From assembly GCA_005882335.1 (NCBI GenBank), contig VBAP01000008.1:346-64345 (forward strand): a stretch of DNA of 64,000 bases. The letters run 5' to 3'. Within the stretch, counting starts at the first letter, position 1, and each line of letters opens with the position of its first letter. Positions 9,480-18,391 of this stretch are shown one piece after another. This DNA comes from Candidatus Segetimicrobium genomatis. GTDB lineage: Bacteria > Sysuimicrobiota > Sysuimicrobiia > Sysuimicrobiales > Kaftiobacteriaceae. A program made the position numbers and the translations under genes. Under the pieces are notes generated by a model. The model was not told where the DNA came from and made no database searches. It saw nothing but the letters and a program-made list of their open reading frames with translations.

Positions 9480-10579
9480 CGGTCGACGTCGGACAGCACG
9501 ATATCGATGCTGCCCAGGATGGCGATCACATCGGCGACCTTCCACCCACGCATCATCTCGGTCAGCGCGTACAGATTGGAGAATGCTGGTGCGCGGATCT
9601 TCACGCGGTACGGCCTGTCGGCGCCGTCGCTGACCAGGTAGATGCCCAGGTCCCCGCGGGGAGACTCCGTGCGAGCGTACACCTCGCCCTTGGGCAGCCG
9701 CAGCGTGACGGCCACCTTGGAGCGGATCTCCCCCGCCGGCAGGCGCTCCAGGCACTGCCGGATGATGCGCACGCTCTGCCGCATCTCCTCCAGCCGTACC
9801 AGATACCGAGCGTAACAGTCACCCTCGGAGCGCACCGGGATGTCGAACTCCACCCGCTCGTAGACCTCATAGGGATGTGCCTTGCGGACGTCATAGGCGA
9901 GGCCCGACGCGCGGGCCACCGGGCCTGAGGCACCCATGGCGATCGCCGTATCCAGGGGAAGCACTCCCACGCCCTGCGTACGGGCCAGGAAGATCGGATT
10001 CCCGGTGAGCAGTTCATCATATTCCGGCAGCCGGTCCAGGAAGTAGTCGCAAAACTCCTCACAGCGGTCGGTCCATCCCTCGGGGAGGTCCTCGAACACC
10101 CCGCCGATGCGGAAGTACACGTGGTGCAGCCGGCCGCCGGTCGCCGATTCAAACAAATCCATGATACGCTCGCGCTCGCGCATCGCCCACAGGAAGGCGG
10201 TGAACGCGCCCAGATCGATGCCGAACGTCCCCAGCCAGATCAGGTGGCTGCTGATCCGCTGCAGCTCCAGCATGATCGTGCGGATGTACCGGGCGCGCTC
10301 AGGCACCTCGATCTTGCCCAGCCGTTCGCAGGCCAGGACCCACACCTCCTCGTTGGCCATCGCCGAGAGGTAATCCATCCCGCGATCGACCAGCGCGATA
10401 TTTTGGAGGTAGGTGCGGTTCTCCATCATCTTCTCGACGGAGGAGTGCAGGTAGCCGATGTCTGGCTGTACGTCCACGACGTTCTCCCCGTCGAGGGTGA
10501 CCACCATGCGCAACACCCCGTGGGTGCTGGGATGCTGGGGTCCCATGTTCAGCATGAGCTCTTCAGTTCTCAATGCCAC
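9476..10579 (-). CDS. nuoD: NADH-quinone oxidoreductase subunit D (49 kDa). The start is uncertain within 10555-10723.
   Basis: MLNMGPQHPSTHGVLRMVVTLDGE and the rest are NuoD-like. There are no NiFe-hydrogenase CxxC motifs at either terminus. The stop overlaps the nuoI start (ATGA). Confidence 0.85.
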   Translation of the reverse strand: MALRTEELMLNMGPQHPSTHGVLRMVVTLDGENVVDVQPDIGYLHSSVEKMMENRTYLQNIALVDRGMDYLSAMANEEVWVLACERLGKIEVPERARYIRTIMLELQRISSHLIWLGTFGIDLGAFTAFLWAMRERERIMDLFESATGGRLHHVYFRIGGVFEDLPEGWTDRCEEFCDYFLDRLPEYDELLTGNPIFLARTQGVGVLPLDTAIAMGASGPVARASGLAYDVRKAHPYEVYERVEFDIPVRSEGDCYARYLVRLEEMRQSVRIIRQCLERLPAGEIRSKVAVTLRLPKGEVYARTESPRGDLGIYLVSDGADRPYRVKIRAPAFSNLYALTEMMRGWKVADVIAILGSIDIVLSDVDR

Positions 10580-10602
10580 GAGTGTGCATCCTCCACTGTC
10601 GG

Positions 10603-11178
10603 CTACGCCTGTGTGGCCGCGGCAGCGGCTCTGGCGATCCGCCGGCGCAGGAACGGTTCCTTCTTGATCTTGTCCTGGAGCTTCAGGAAGCCCTCGATCA
10701 GCGCCTCCGGCCGCGGCGGGCACCCCGGCACGTAGACGTCCACCGGGATCACCTGGTCGATGCCCTTCAGGATCGAGTAGTTATCGTAATAGAACGGCCC
10801 CCCACAGGTCGCGCACGAACCCATGGAAATCACGTACTTTGGCTCGGGCATCTGCTCCCACAGGCGGCGCACAATCGGCGCGATCTTGATCGTGGCCCGT
10901 CCGGCCACGATGATGCAGTCGGCCTGCCGGGGAGTGGCCCGGGGGATGATGCCCATCCGATCCATGTCGAAGCGGGTCGCATAGGCCTGCATCATTTCGA
11001 TGGCACAGCAGGCCAGTCCGAAGGTGAGCGGCCATATCGAAGCGGCCCGCCCCCAGTTCAGGACTTCCTCGACCTTGGTGAGAATCACACCCCCGCCCGG
11101 CAGCGCGTCGATGACCTCCAGCGCCTTGTCGAGTGGCAGCACCTGGCTGCGGGGGACGTATTGGGGCTCGGTGGGCAC
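10603..11178 (-). CDS. nuoB: NADH-quinone oxidoreductase subunit B (20 kDa, cluster N2)
   Basis: 191 aa with the cluster N2 ligands [22 protein letters not shown] and VPGCPPRPE. Confidence 0.9.
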   Translation of the reverse strand: MPTEPQYVPRSQVLPLDKALEVIDALPGGGVILTKVEEVLNWGRAASIWPLTFGLACCAIEMMQAYATRFDMDRMGIIPRATPRQADCIIVAGRATIKIAPIVRRLWEQMPEPKYVISMGSCATCGGPFYYDNYSILKGIDQVIPVDVYVPGCPPRPEALIEGFLKLQDKIKKEPFLRRRIARAAAAATQA

Positions 11179-11360
11179 GCGTCATGCCTCCTCATACACA
11201 GCGCCGGCTCGCCTGTTGGTACGGCGGCGCAGCGGTGATGTCCTGCCCGAGGTCGTCGCCGTCCGCCTCCGGGCTCTCACTTTGATGATACGGTCAGGAA
11301 AAATCTACGTCAAATCTCAATCTCTTCGCCAGGAGCGGGGCATCGCGTCCATTCTGTTAG

Positions 11361-11389
11361 TTGACACTTACGTAAGTCTATGATTAAAT
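11361..11389 (+). promoter_or_regulatory. Sigma70-like promoter of arsR. TTGACA, a 17-nt spacer and TTAAAT, with a perfect 10-bp palindrome (CTTACGTAAG) in the spacer that is a likely ArsR operator.
   Basis: Read directly from the sequence. The ATG at 11397 is about 8 nt downstream of the -10, so the mRNA may be leaderless. Confidence 0.5.
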
Positions 11390-11396
11390 AACGGCC

Positions 11397-11720
11397 ATGG
11401 AACCTGCGGTGAAAGCGATCGCCGAGCCGCGCCGGCGCGAAATCCTGCGCCTGATCTGGACCCGGGAACTGCCGGCTGGACGAATCGCTTCGCACTTTGC
11501 GGTTACGCGTCCTGCGATTTCGCAGCACTTGCGGGTGCTCAAGGAGGCAGGGCTGGTGAGCGAACGCCGGGATGGTACGCGCCGCCTCTATCGCGCCAGG
11601 CCCGACACCGTTGCCGAAGTGCGGCGGTTCCTGGGGGCATTCTGGGACGAGGGCCTGCAACATCTGAAGCAGGAAGCGGAAGCTGAGGAACGCCGGAAGC
11701 GGAATCGCCGCCGGCGGTAA
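11397..11720 (+). CDS. ArsR/SmtB-family transcriptional regulator
   Basis: 107 aa with an HTH (RREILRLIWTRELPAGRIASHFAVTRPAISQHLRVLKEAGLV). Confidence 0.85.
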   Translation: MEPAVKAIAEPRRREILRLIWTRELPAGRIASHFAVTRPAISQHLRVLKEAGLVSERRDGTRRLYRARPDTVAEVRRFLGAFWDEGLQHLKQEAEAEERRKRNRRRR

Positions 11721-11735
11721 ACGAAACCAGACTCA

Positions 11736-12221
11736 GTGAGGAGGGATCCGCAGATGACGGTCGAGGAACGCAGCGCCATCAGGCGTGAGGTGCGCGTGGG
11801 GGCGAGGCCGGAAACTATCTTTGCCTTGCTCACCGATCCGGCCAAGTACGTGCGGTGGAAGGGCGCGGCGGCCACGCTGGATCCGCGACCCGGCGGGGTC
11901 TACCGTGTAGAGTTCAACAGCCGCGACATTGCCCGCGGGACCTACGTCGAAGTGGTGCCCTTTCGCCGAGTGGTCTTCACCTGGGGCTGGGAGGGGGGCA
12001 AGGAGGGTACCAGTCCCGTGCCGCCGGGCTCGAGCACCGTCGAGATCACGCTCACCCCCGATGGTGACGGGACGATCGTGCGTCTGGTGCACCGGGACCT
12101 GCCCGAGGAAGCGCGCACCAAACACATGCAAGGCTGGGAGTTGTATCTGAACCGGCTGGCGATAACTGCTTCAGGCGGCGACCCGGGGCCGGATCCGAAC
12201 CAGGAAGCAGGCAAGATGTGA
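11736..12221 (+). CDS. SRPBCC/AHSA1-like domain protein
   Basis: 161 aa. It follows arsR, which is the common ArsR-SRPBCC pairing. It has the conserved W..K...G core. Confidence 0.7.
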   Translation: MRRDPQMTVEERSAIRREVRVGARPETIFALLTDPAKYVRWKGAAATLDPRPGGVYRVEFNSRDIARGTYVEVVPFRRVVFTWGWEGGKEGTSPVPPGSSTVEITLTPDGDGTIVRLVHRDLPEEARTKHMQGWELYLNRLAITASGGDPGPDPNQEAGKM

Positions 12222-12246
12222 GGAAGGAGTTCATCCTATCACGGAG

Positions 12247-12615
12247 GTGGTTGGAATGGGCAAGCCTGTCGTGCACTTCGAAGTCACGGGCAAGGACGGA
12301 AGGCGATTGCAGAAATTCTATGCGGATCTCTTCGACTGGAACGTCGACGCGAACAACCCGATGCAGTACGGGATGGTGAACACCGGCGCCAAGGGCATCA
12401 ACGGGGGCATCTCGGCCGCCCAGGAGGGCAGCCCGGGCGGGGTTACCTTCTACGTTGAGGTGGAGGACCTGGACGAATACCTCCGGACGGCTGAGCGGCT
12501 CGGAGGGAAGACGGTGTTGCCTGCCAGCGAGGTACCGGGGGGACCGGCGCTTGCGATTTTCGCCGACCCCGAAGGTAACCGGATCGGCCTGGTCAAGACC
12601 GGCACTATGAGGTAG
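12247..12615 (+). CDS. VOC-family (glyoxalase/bleomycin-resistance fold) protein
   Basis: 122 aa with HFEVTGKDGRRLQKFYADLFDW and a C-terminal beta-alpha-beta-beta-beta module. Confidence 0.7.
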   Translation: MVGMGKPVVHFEVTGKDGRRLQKFYADLFDWNVDANNPMQYGMVNTGAKGINGGISAAQEGSPGGVTFYVEVEDLDEYLRTAERLGGKTVLPASEVPGGPALAIFADPEGNRIGLVKTGTMR

Positions 12616-12618
12616 GGT

Positions 12619-14496
12619 TCAGCGCGCCACCGGGGCCGGGCCGGCTTTTGCAGTCAGAGTGCGGACGGCCCCGGCGATGTGCCGGGCGCTGATCCCTGCG
12701 GCGTCGAGGAGTTCGTCCGGCGCGCCCGAACCGGGCATCGCCCGCACGGCCAGGATGTGCACGCGGGGGAACGGCTCCAGCCCGGCCAGCGCAGCCAGGA
12801 CCGCCTCTCCCAATCCGCCCTCGGGCCAGTGATCCTCGACGGTGACAATCGCTCCCGTCTCGCGGGCGGCCTGGCGCAGCGTCACCGCGTCAATCGGCTT
12901 GACGGAATACGCATCGATCACCCGCACGGCGAGGCCCCCAGCGGCCAGCGCCTGCCGCGCCTGCAGCGCTTCGTGCACCGTGATGCCGGCGGCCACGATG
13001 GTGGCCATGTCCCCCTCCGACCGAGCCAGCACTACGCTGCCGCCAATGGGAAAACGCTGCTCGGGCGGATACAGGACCGGCGTCTTCTCGCGCGTGATCC
13101 GCAGGAAGACGACGCCGGCGCGATCGACCATCTGCACGACCAGCTGCGCGGTCTGATTCGCGTCACATGGGTACAGCACGGTGCTCCCGCCAACGGCGCG
13201 CATCATGGCGATGTCTTCCAGCCCCATTTGGGAAGGACCATCCCAGCCGATGGACACGCCGGCGTGGGAGCCGACCAGCTTGACGTTGGCCCGTGACACC
13301 GCCGCCATCCGGATGAAGTCGTACGCCCTGGTATGGAACGCCGCAAATGTGGAGGCAAACGGCGCATACCCCCGCACCTGCAGGCCGACCGCAGAGGCGA
13401 CCATCTGCTGCTCCGCGATGTACATTTCGAAGTAGCGATCGGGAAAGGCACGGCCGAAATCTTCGGCGTAGGTGGAGTTGCTCACTTCGCCGTCCAGCGC
13501 GACCACATCCGGGCGGGCGGCGCCCAGTGCTTTGAGCGCATCACCGTAGGCGCGGCGGGTGGCCACGCTCTCTCCGACACGGTAGACGGGCACCTGCACC
13601 GGCTGTGCGGCCGGGCGCGCCGTCCGGGCCGTGTCGGGGCTGCGGACCTGCACAGTCAGGTGCCGCTCACCGCCGAGCTCCGCGATGGCCTGGCCGGCCT
13701 GCTCTTTGGACATGGCCTTGCCGTGCCAGCCTTCCTTGTTCTCGACCAGGCTGCTGCCCTTGCCCTTGACGGTCCGGGCGACGATCATCGTCGGGACGCC
13801 GGACGGTCCTTCCGCCTGCGCATACGCCCCCTCGATCTCCTCCAGGTTGTGGCCGTCGATCTCGAGTGTCCGCCACCCAAAGGCCTGCGCCTGCTGTGCG
13901 TAGGCGCGGGTGTTCCATCCCAGCATCGTTTCGCCTCGCTGGCCCAGACGGTTCACGTCCACGATGCAGATCAGGTTCGCGAGCTTGTAGTGCGCGGCGT
14001 GCTGGACCGCCTCCCACACCGACCCTTCGGCCATCTCGCTATCGCCGGAGAGCACCCACACACGATAGGGAAGCTTATCCAGATACTTACCGGCCAGCGC
14101 GATTCCCACGCCGATGGCCAGCCCTTGCCCGAGCGACCCCGTGGCCACGTCCACCCACGGCAAGACCGGGGTGGGATGCCCCTCGAGCCGGCTGCCGAAC
14201 TTGCGCAGGGTCATCATCTCTACATCGGTAATCGCGCCGGCGGCCTTGAATATCGCGTAGAGGAGCGGCGAGGCATGCCCTTTCGAGAACACCAGGTGAT
14301 CGTTACCAGGATTCTTGGGATTGGCGAAGTCGTAACGCAGGTGATCGGCCAGCAAGACCGCCATCAGGTCGGCGGCCGACATCGACGAGGTGGGATGGCC
14401 GGAGCCCGCCTCCGTGGTGGCCCGGATACTGTCCACACGCAACTGCGCCGCGAGTTCGCGCCAGAACTCTGGTCGTGTCATCGAGTCCTCACTCAA
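12619..14496 (-). CDS. tkt: Transketolase
   Basis: 625 aa with TTEAGSGHPTSSMSAADLMAVLL, the TPP-binding GDSEMAEG-like region, and a C-terminal transketolase domain. Confidence 0.9.
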   Translation of the reverse strand: MSEDSMTRPEFWRELAAQLRVDSIRATTEAGSGHPTSSMSAADLMAVLLADHLRYDFANPKNPGNDHLVFSKGHASPLLYAIFKAAGAITDVEMMTLRKFGSRLEGHPTPVLPWVDVATGSLGQGLAIGVGIALAGKYLDKLPYRVWVLSGDSEMAEGSVWEAVQHAAHYKLANLICIVDVNRLGQRGETMLGWNTRAYAQQAQAFGWRTLEIDGHNLEEIEGAYAQAEGPSGVPTMIVARTVKGKGSSLVENKEGWHGKAMSKEQAGQAIAELGGERHLTVQVRSPDTARTARPAAQPVQVPVYRVGESVATRRAYGDALKALGAARPDVVALDGEVSNSTYAEDFGRAFPDRYFEMYIAEQQMVASAVGLQVRGYAPFASTFAAFHTRAYDFIRMAAVSRANVKLVGSHAGVSIGWDGPSQMGLEDIAMMRAVGGSTVLYPCDANQTAQLVVQMVDRAGVVFLRITREKTPVLYPPEQRFPIGGSVVLARSEGDMATIVAAGITVHEALQARQALAAGGLAVRVIDAYSVKPIDAVTLRQAARETGAIVTVEDHWPEGGLGEAVLAALAGLEPFPRVHILAVRAMPGSGAPDELLDAAGISARHIAGAVRTLTAKAGPAPVAR

Positions 14497-14959
14497 CCTC
14501 GCTTGTCGCTTTCGCCTCCACCTTGCCGCGAGCCGACTCGAATTCCTCTACCCCCTGATCCAGGGCCACCCAGGCCAGCGTCGCACACTTGATGCGCACC
14601 GGGAATTTGCGCACGCCCTGCAACGCCATCAGGTCGCCCAGCTCCTCTTCCGGAACATCCTCCCCATGCATCATCGCCTTGAACTGCCCGACCAGGGCTC
14701 TGGCCTCGCGCAGCGTCTTGCCCTTGATCTGGTCGGTCATCATCGAGGCCGACGCCTGGCTGATAGAACACCCCCGCCCGACGAAACGCACGTCGGAGAT
14801 CCTGCCGCCGGTGAGCTTCACGTAGACAGAGAGTTCGTCCCCACACAGCGGGTTGGCGCCTTCCACCGTGATGTCGGCGCCGTCAATGGTGCCCTTGTTC
14901 CGGGGGCGGGTGTAATGATCGAGGATCACTTCGCGGTACAGATCGTCAAGCGCCATCAC
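14489..14959 (-). CDS. sufU: SufU/IscU-type Fe-S cluster scaffold
   Basis: 156 aa with conserved cysteines (NPLCGDE and GCSISQAS) and KCATLAW. Confidence 0.85.
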   Translation of the reverse strand: MMALDDLYREVILDHYTRPRNKGTIDGADITVEGANPLCGDELSVYVKLTGGRISDVRFVGRGCSISQASASMMTDQIKGKTLREARALVGQFKAMMHGEDVPEEELGDLMALQGVRKFPVRIKCATLAWVALDQGVEEFESARGKVEAKATSEVE

Positions 14960-14960
14960 G

Positions 14961-15080
14961 GTCTCCCCAGTCTTCTCAGTCTACCCAGTCTTCTCAGTCT
15001 ACCCCGCCATTCACGGCTCGTCAAAATAGACTAGGCAGTAGACTGGGAAGACCGGGTAGACCGGGAAGACCGGGTAGACT
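14961..15080. repeat. Intergenic hairpin element (sufS-sufU spacer). (CAGTCTTCT/CAGTCTACC)n on the left and (GTAGACTGG/GAAGACCGG)n on the right.
   Basis: Arms at 14961-15004 and 15038-15080. The predicted stem is over 40 bp. The right arm abuts the sufS stop codon. Confidence 0.75.
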
Positions 15081-16324
15081 TAGCGTTGGACCGGCGCCGG
15101 CCTGGGCGAAAATAGTTTGCGCGCCACGTGAAGTCCACGCACCAGGGCGTCGATGTCACTCTCATTATTGTACAGGTACAGGCTGGCCCGCGTCGTGGCC
15201 GCGACACCCAGCCGTCGATGCAGGGGCTGCGCGCAGTGGTGGCCGGCCCGCACGGCGATGCCTTCCTGGTCCAGCACCTGCGCCACATCGTGCGGGTGCG
15301 CCACGTCTGTCGCGAAGGCCACCACCCCGCCCCGGCGGGCCAGCTGCCTCGGCCCAAAGAGCGTCACGCCCTCCACCTCGGCGAGCCGCCGCAGGGTGTA
15401 GTCGGTCAGGCGCTGTTCATGGGCCCGGATCGCCGCCATGCCGATTCCCTGCAGGTAGTCTACGGCCTCTCCCAGCACGATGCAGTCCGCAATGCTCGGG
15501 GTCCCCGCCTCGAACTTGTGCGGCGGGTCCTTATATGTGGATGATTCCAACTGCACGAGCATGATCATCTCTCCACCGCCGTGGAACGGAGGCATGGCGT
15601 CCAGCAGGTCATAGCGCGCCCACAACACACCGGCCCCAGTGGGGCCGCACATCTTGTGGCCGGAGAAGGCGACAAAGTCTGCACCCAGGTCGCTCACGCT
15701 GACCGGCATGTGCGGGACGCTCTGCGCGGCGTCGACGAGGACGGTCGCGCCGGCGGCGTGCGCGGTCATCGCGATCTCTTTGATGGGGTTGATCGTCCCC
15801 AGCACGTTGGACTGATGCGTGACCGCCACCAGCTTCGTGCGCTCCGACAGCAGGCGCTGGTACTCGTCCAGCTGCAGGATCCCCTGGCCGTCGAACGGGA
15901 TGAATCTCAGCTTGGCCTGCTTTTCTGCCGCCAGCAGCTGCCAGGGGACGAGGTTGCTGTGATGCTCCATCTCGGTGAGGATGATCTCGTCGCCGGCGCG
16001 GATGTTGGCCCGGCCCCAGGCGTAGGCCACCAGGTTAATGGCTTCGGTCGTGCTGCGGGTGAAGACTACTTCTTCGGGCCGCGTCGCACCGATGAATGCG
16101 GCGATCTTCCCGCGCGACTGCTCGTACCGCATCGTGGCTTCTTCGGCAATCCGGTAGATGCCGCGGTGGATGTTGGCGTTGTACTCCTGGTAGTAGCGCC
16201 CCAGCGCGTCGATGACCCGCCGCGGCTTCTGCGAGGTCGCCGCGCTATCGAGATAGACGAGTGGCTTCCCGTACACGGTCTGCTTCAAGATGGGGAAGTC
16301 CTCGCGAACCCGCTCCGTCATCAT
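15080..16324 (-). CDS. sufS: Cysteine desulfurase SufS (class II aminotransferase). The start was trimmed to MMTERVREDFPIL.
   Basis: PLP lysine in SGHKMCGPTGAGVLW and the catalytic Cys in RAGHHCAQPL. ORF 15080-16411. Confidence 0.88.
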   Translation of the reverse strand: MMTERVREDFPILKQTVYGKPLVYLDSAATSQKPRRVIDALGRYYQEYNANIHRGIYRIAEEATMRYEQSRGKIAAFIGATRPEEVVFTRSTTEAINLVAYAWGRANIRAGDEIILTEMEHHSNLVPWQLLAAEKQAKLRFIPFDGQGILQLDEYQRLLSERTKLVAVTHQSNVLGTINPIKEIAMTAHAAGATVLVDAAQSVPHMPVSVSDLGADFVAFSGHKMCGPTGAGVLWARYDLLDAMPPFHGGGEMIMLVQLESSTYKDPPHKFEAGTPSIADCIVLGEAVDYLQGIGMAAIRAHEQRLTDYTLRRLAEVEGVTLFGPRQLARRGGVVAFATDVAHPHDVAQVLDQEGIAVRAGHHCAQPLHRRLGVAATTRASLYLYNNESDIDALVRGLHVARKLFSPRPAPVQR

Positions 16325-16349
16325 GGCTGTCTTCTCTCCAGTCCCGTCG

Positions 16350-16706
16350 TTACGCTTTGTGCGGCATGCCCCGGCCCCGCTGTGGAACGGGCAGGAGCAG
16401 CACGTGGCCATCTTCCACCTTCACCTGGTAGGTGTTCACAGGGATCACCGCAGGCAGTGACAGCACCCGGCCGGTGGGAAGATGAAACCGGGACCCGTGC
16501 TTTGGACACGCGACGATCTCGCCATACAGCGCCCCCTCCGCCAGCGAGGCCTCCTCGTGCGTACAGGTGTCGTCAATCGCGTAGAAGGTCCCGTTCACGT
16601 TGAACAGCGCAATCCGCCGCCCATCCACCACGACAGCTTTTCCCGTGCCCGGGGGAATGTCATCCGCGGCCGCAACCCTCACAAACTCCGCGGTGCGCTC
16701 AGTCAT
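16350..16706 (-). CDS. Rieske [2Fe-2S] ferredoxin-like protein embedded in the suf operon
   Basis: 118 aa with CTHEEASL...CPKHGSRF Rieske ligand boxes. Confidence 0.8.
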   Translation of the reverse strand: MTERTAEFVRVAAADDIPPGTGKAVVVDGRRIALFNVNGTFYAIDDTCTHEEASLAEGALYGEIVACPKHGSRFHLPTGRVLSLPAVIPVNTYQVKVEDGHVLLLPVPQRGRGMPHKA

Positions 16707-16708
16707 CG

Positions 16709-18178
16709 TTATGATGTCGGTTGCGGCTCCCCGTTCCGCAAGGGGCGACGCGTGGGGATTTCCCCCGTCCCGTTCCCGTCAGCGTCCTCCGCCATCTTCT
16801 GCTCGATCTCCCACTGCAGACGGGCCCGGAGGTCATCCAGCGGAACGCGATCCAGCAACTCGGCAAAGAACCCTTCCACCACCATCCGGACCGCCTGCGC
16901 CCGGGCCAGCCCGCGGCTCATCAAGTAGAAGAGGTGCTCCTCGTTGAGCCGGCTGGTGGCCGATCCATGCGTGCAGCGAAGGTCGTTGGCCATGATCTCC
17001 AGGTTGGGGATCGAGTCGGCCTTCGCTCCCTCGGAGAGAATCAGGTTACGGTTGGCCTGGAACGCGTTGGTCTTCTGGGCTCCGGGGAGCACGCGGATCA
17101 TGCCCGAGAACACGCTGCGGGCCCGATCTTTCACCGCATTCTTGTACAGCAGGTCGGACAGCGTATGCGGCGCGCGGTGCTCCTGCAGCGTGTGCAGGTC
17201 GAAGTGCTGCCGGGAGTCGCCAAACACCAGTCCCAACATTTCTGATGTGGCGCCCGGTCCATCCAAAATGGACTCGACATTGGTCTTCACGACCTTGCCG
17301 CCGAAACCGACCAGCAGGCTTCGCAGCTCCGCGTCGCGCGCCAGCACGGAACGGATGATCCCGATCTCGGCGACGTTGCTGCCCCAGTCCTGCAGCGTCA
17401 CCAGGCGGACCTGCGCCCCATCGCGGAGGATCAGCTCAGTCACGGGGTCGGCAAACGCCTGGCCCTCGACACGCGCGGGCCCGTGACCGTCTGTCGATGA
17501 GCCGGGCCACCCTGAGCCCCTCGAAGGGGGCCACTCCCCCGGGGGAGAGGCGGCACCGGTGATCAGCGTGACCTTGCTGCTCGGGCCGGCGATCACCAGC
17601 AGATGGGGAAAGACCCCGACCCCATCGGCGTCAATCCAGGCCAGCGAGACCAGCGGCGCGGTGATCTCGACGCCGTCGGGCACGTACAGCAGCGCGCCCC
17701 CACTCCACAGCGCCGCGTGCAACGCACGGAACTTCGTCTCATCGGGACGGACACAGGTCGTCATGAAATACTCGCGGATCAGGTCGCCTCGCTCGCGGAG
17801 CGCGGTGTGAAGATCGGTGAAGACGACGCCGCGCCGTGCCGCCCCGGGGTCCAGCTGAGACCGCACCCCCTGGGAGTTGCGCTGCAGCAGCAGCCCAGCC
17901 GGAGCCCGCCAGGCGTCCACCACCTGCTGCAGGCTCGCCGGCAAGGCGCCGGCGGGCGCATCGGCAAACGGCCGGATCCCCTCCAGCCGGAACATCGTGG
18001 GGTCGGTGCGGCGCCACTCCGGATCCGCGGGCGCAGGCCACGGCAGCCGCTCGAATGCCTCCCACGCCGCCAGGCGGAACTCCCGCATCCACGCGGGTTC
18101 ACCGAGCCGCTCCGATAGCGCGAGCACGCTCTCGCGGCTGAACCCAGCCCGGGCGAGATGCGTCATCTGCTCCTGCAT
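16709..18178 (-). CDS. sufD: Fe-S cluster assembly protein SufD
   Basis: 489 aa with a SufBD beta-helix domain. It sits between the Rieske gene and sufB. Confidence 0.8.
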   Translation of the reverse strand: MQEQMTHLARAGFSRESVLALSERLGEPAWMREFRLAAWEAFERLPWPAPADPEWRRTDPTMFRLEGIRPFADAPAGALPASLQQVVDAWRAPAGLLLQRNSQGVRSQLDPGAARRGVVFTDLHTALRERGDLIREYFMTTCVRPDETKFRALHAALWSGGALLYVPDGVEITAPLVSLAWIDADGVGVFPHLLVIAGPSSKVTLITGAASPPGEWPPSRGSGWPGSSTDGHGPARVEGQAFADPVTELILRDGAQVRLVTLQDWGSNVAEIGIIRSVLARDAELRSLLVGFGGKVVKTNVESILDGPGATSEMLGLVFGDSRQHFDLHTLQEHRAPHTLSDLLYKNAVKDRARSVFSGMIRVLPGAQKTNAFQANRNLILSEGAKADSIPNLEIMANDLRCTHGSATSRLNEEHLFYLMSRGLARAQAVRMVVEGFFAELLDRVPLDDLRARLQWEIEQKMAEDADGNGTGEIPTRRPLRNGEPQPTS

Positions 18179-18391
18179 CGTCTCCTCCGCACCGGCACTA
18201 CGTTGACGGGTGAAATGTTAAAGGTTGGAGGGCAAAGGCGTTTCCCTTCAACCTCCAACCTCCTGCGCCATGAAACGCGCTACGCTTGATCAGTCAACCG
18301 AGCCCTCCATGCCACCCCGCCTCATCATCCCACAGAGCCTTCCCTGCCACCCCGCGAATTCACAGAACGAATTCGCGGGGACCCCGGCTCA

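Noticed and set aside
9476-10723. NuoD as a [NiFe]-hydrogenase large subunit (group 4)
   Set aside because: There are no N-terminal RxCGxC and no C-terminal DPCxxC nickel-binding cysteines. The sequence follows NuoD (MLNMGPQHPSTHGVL).
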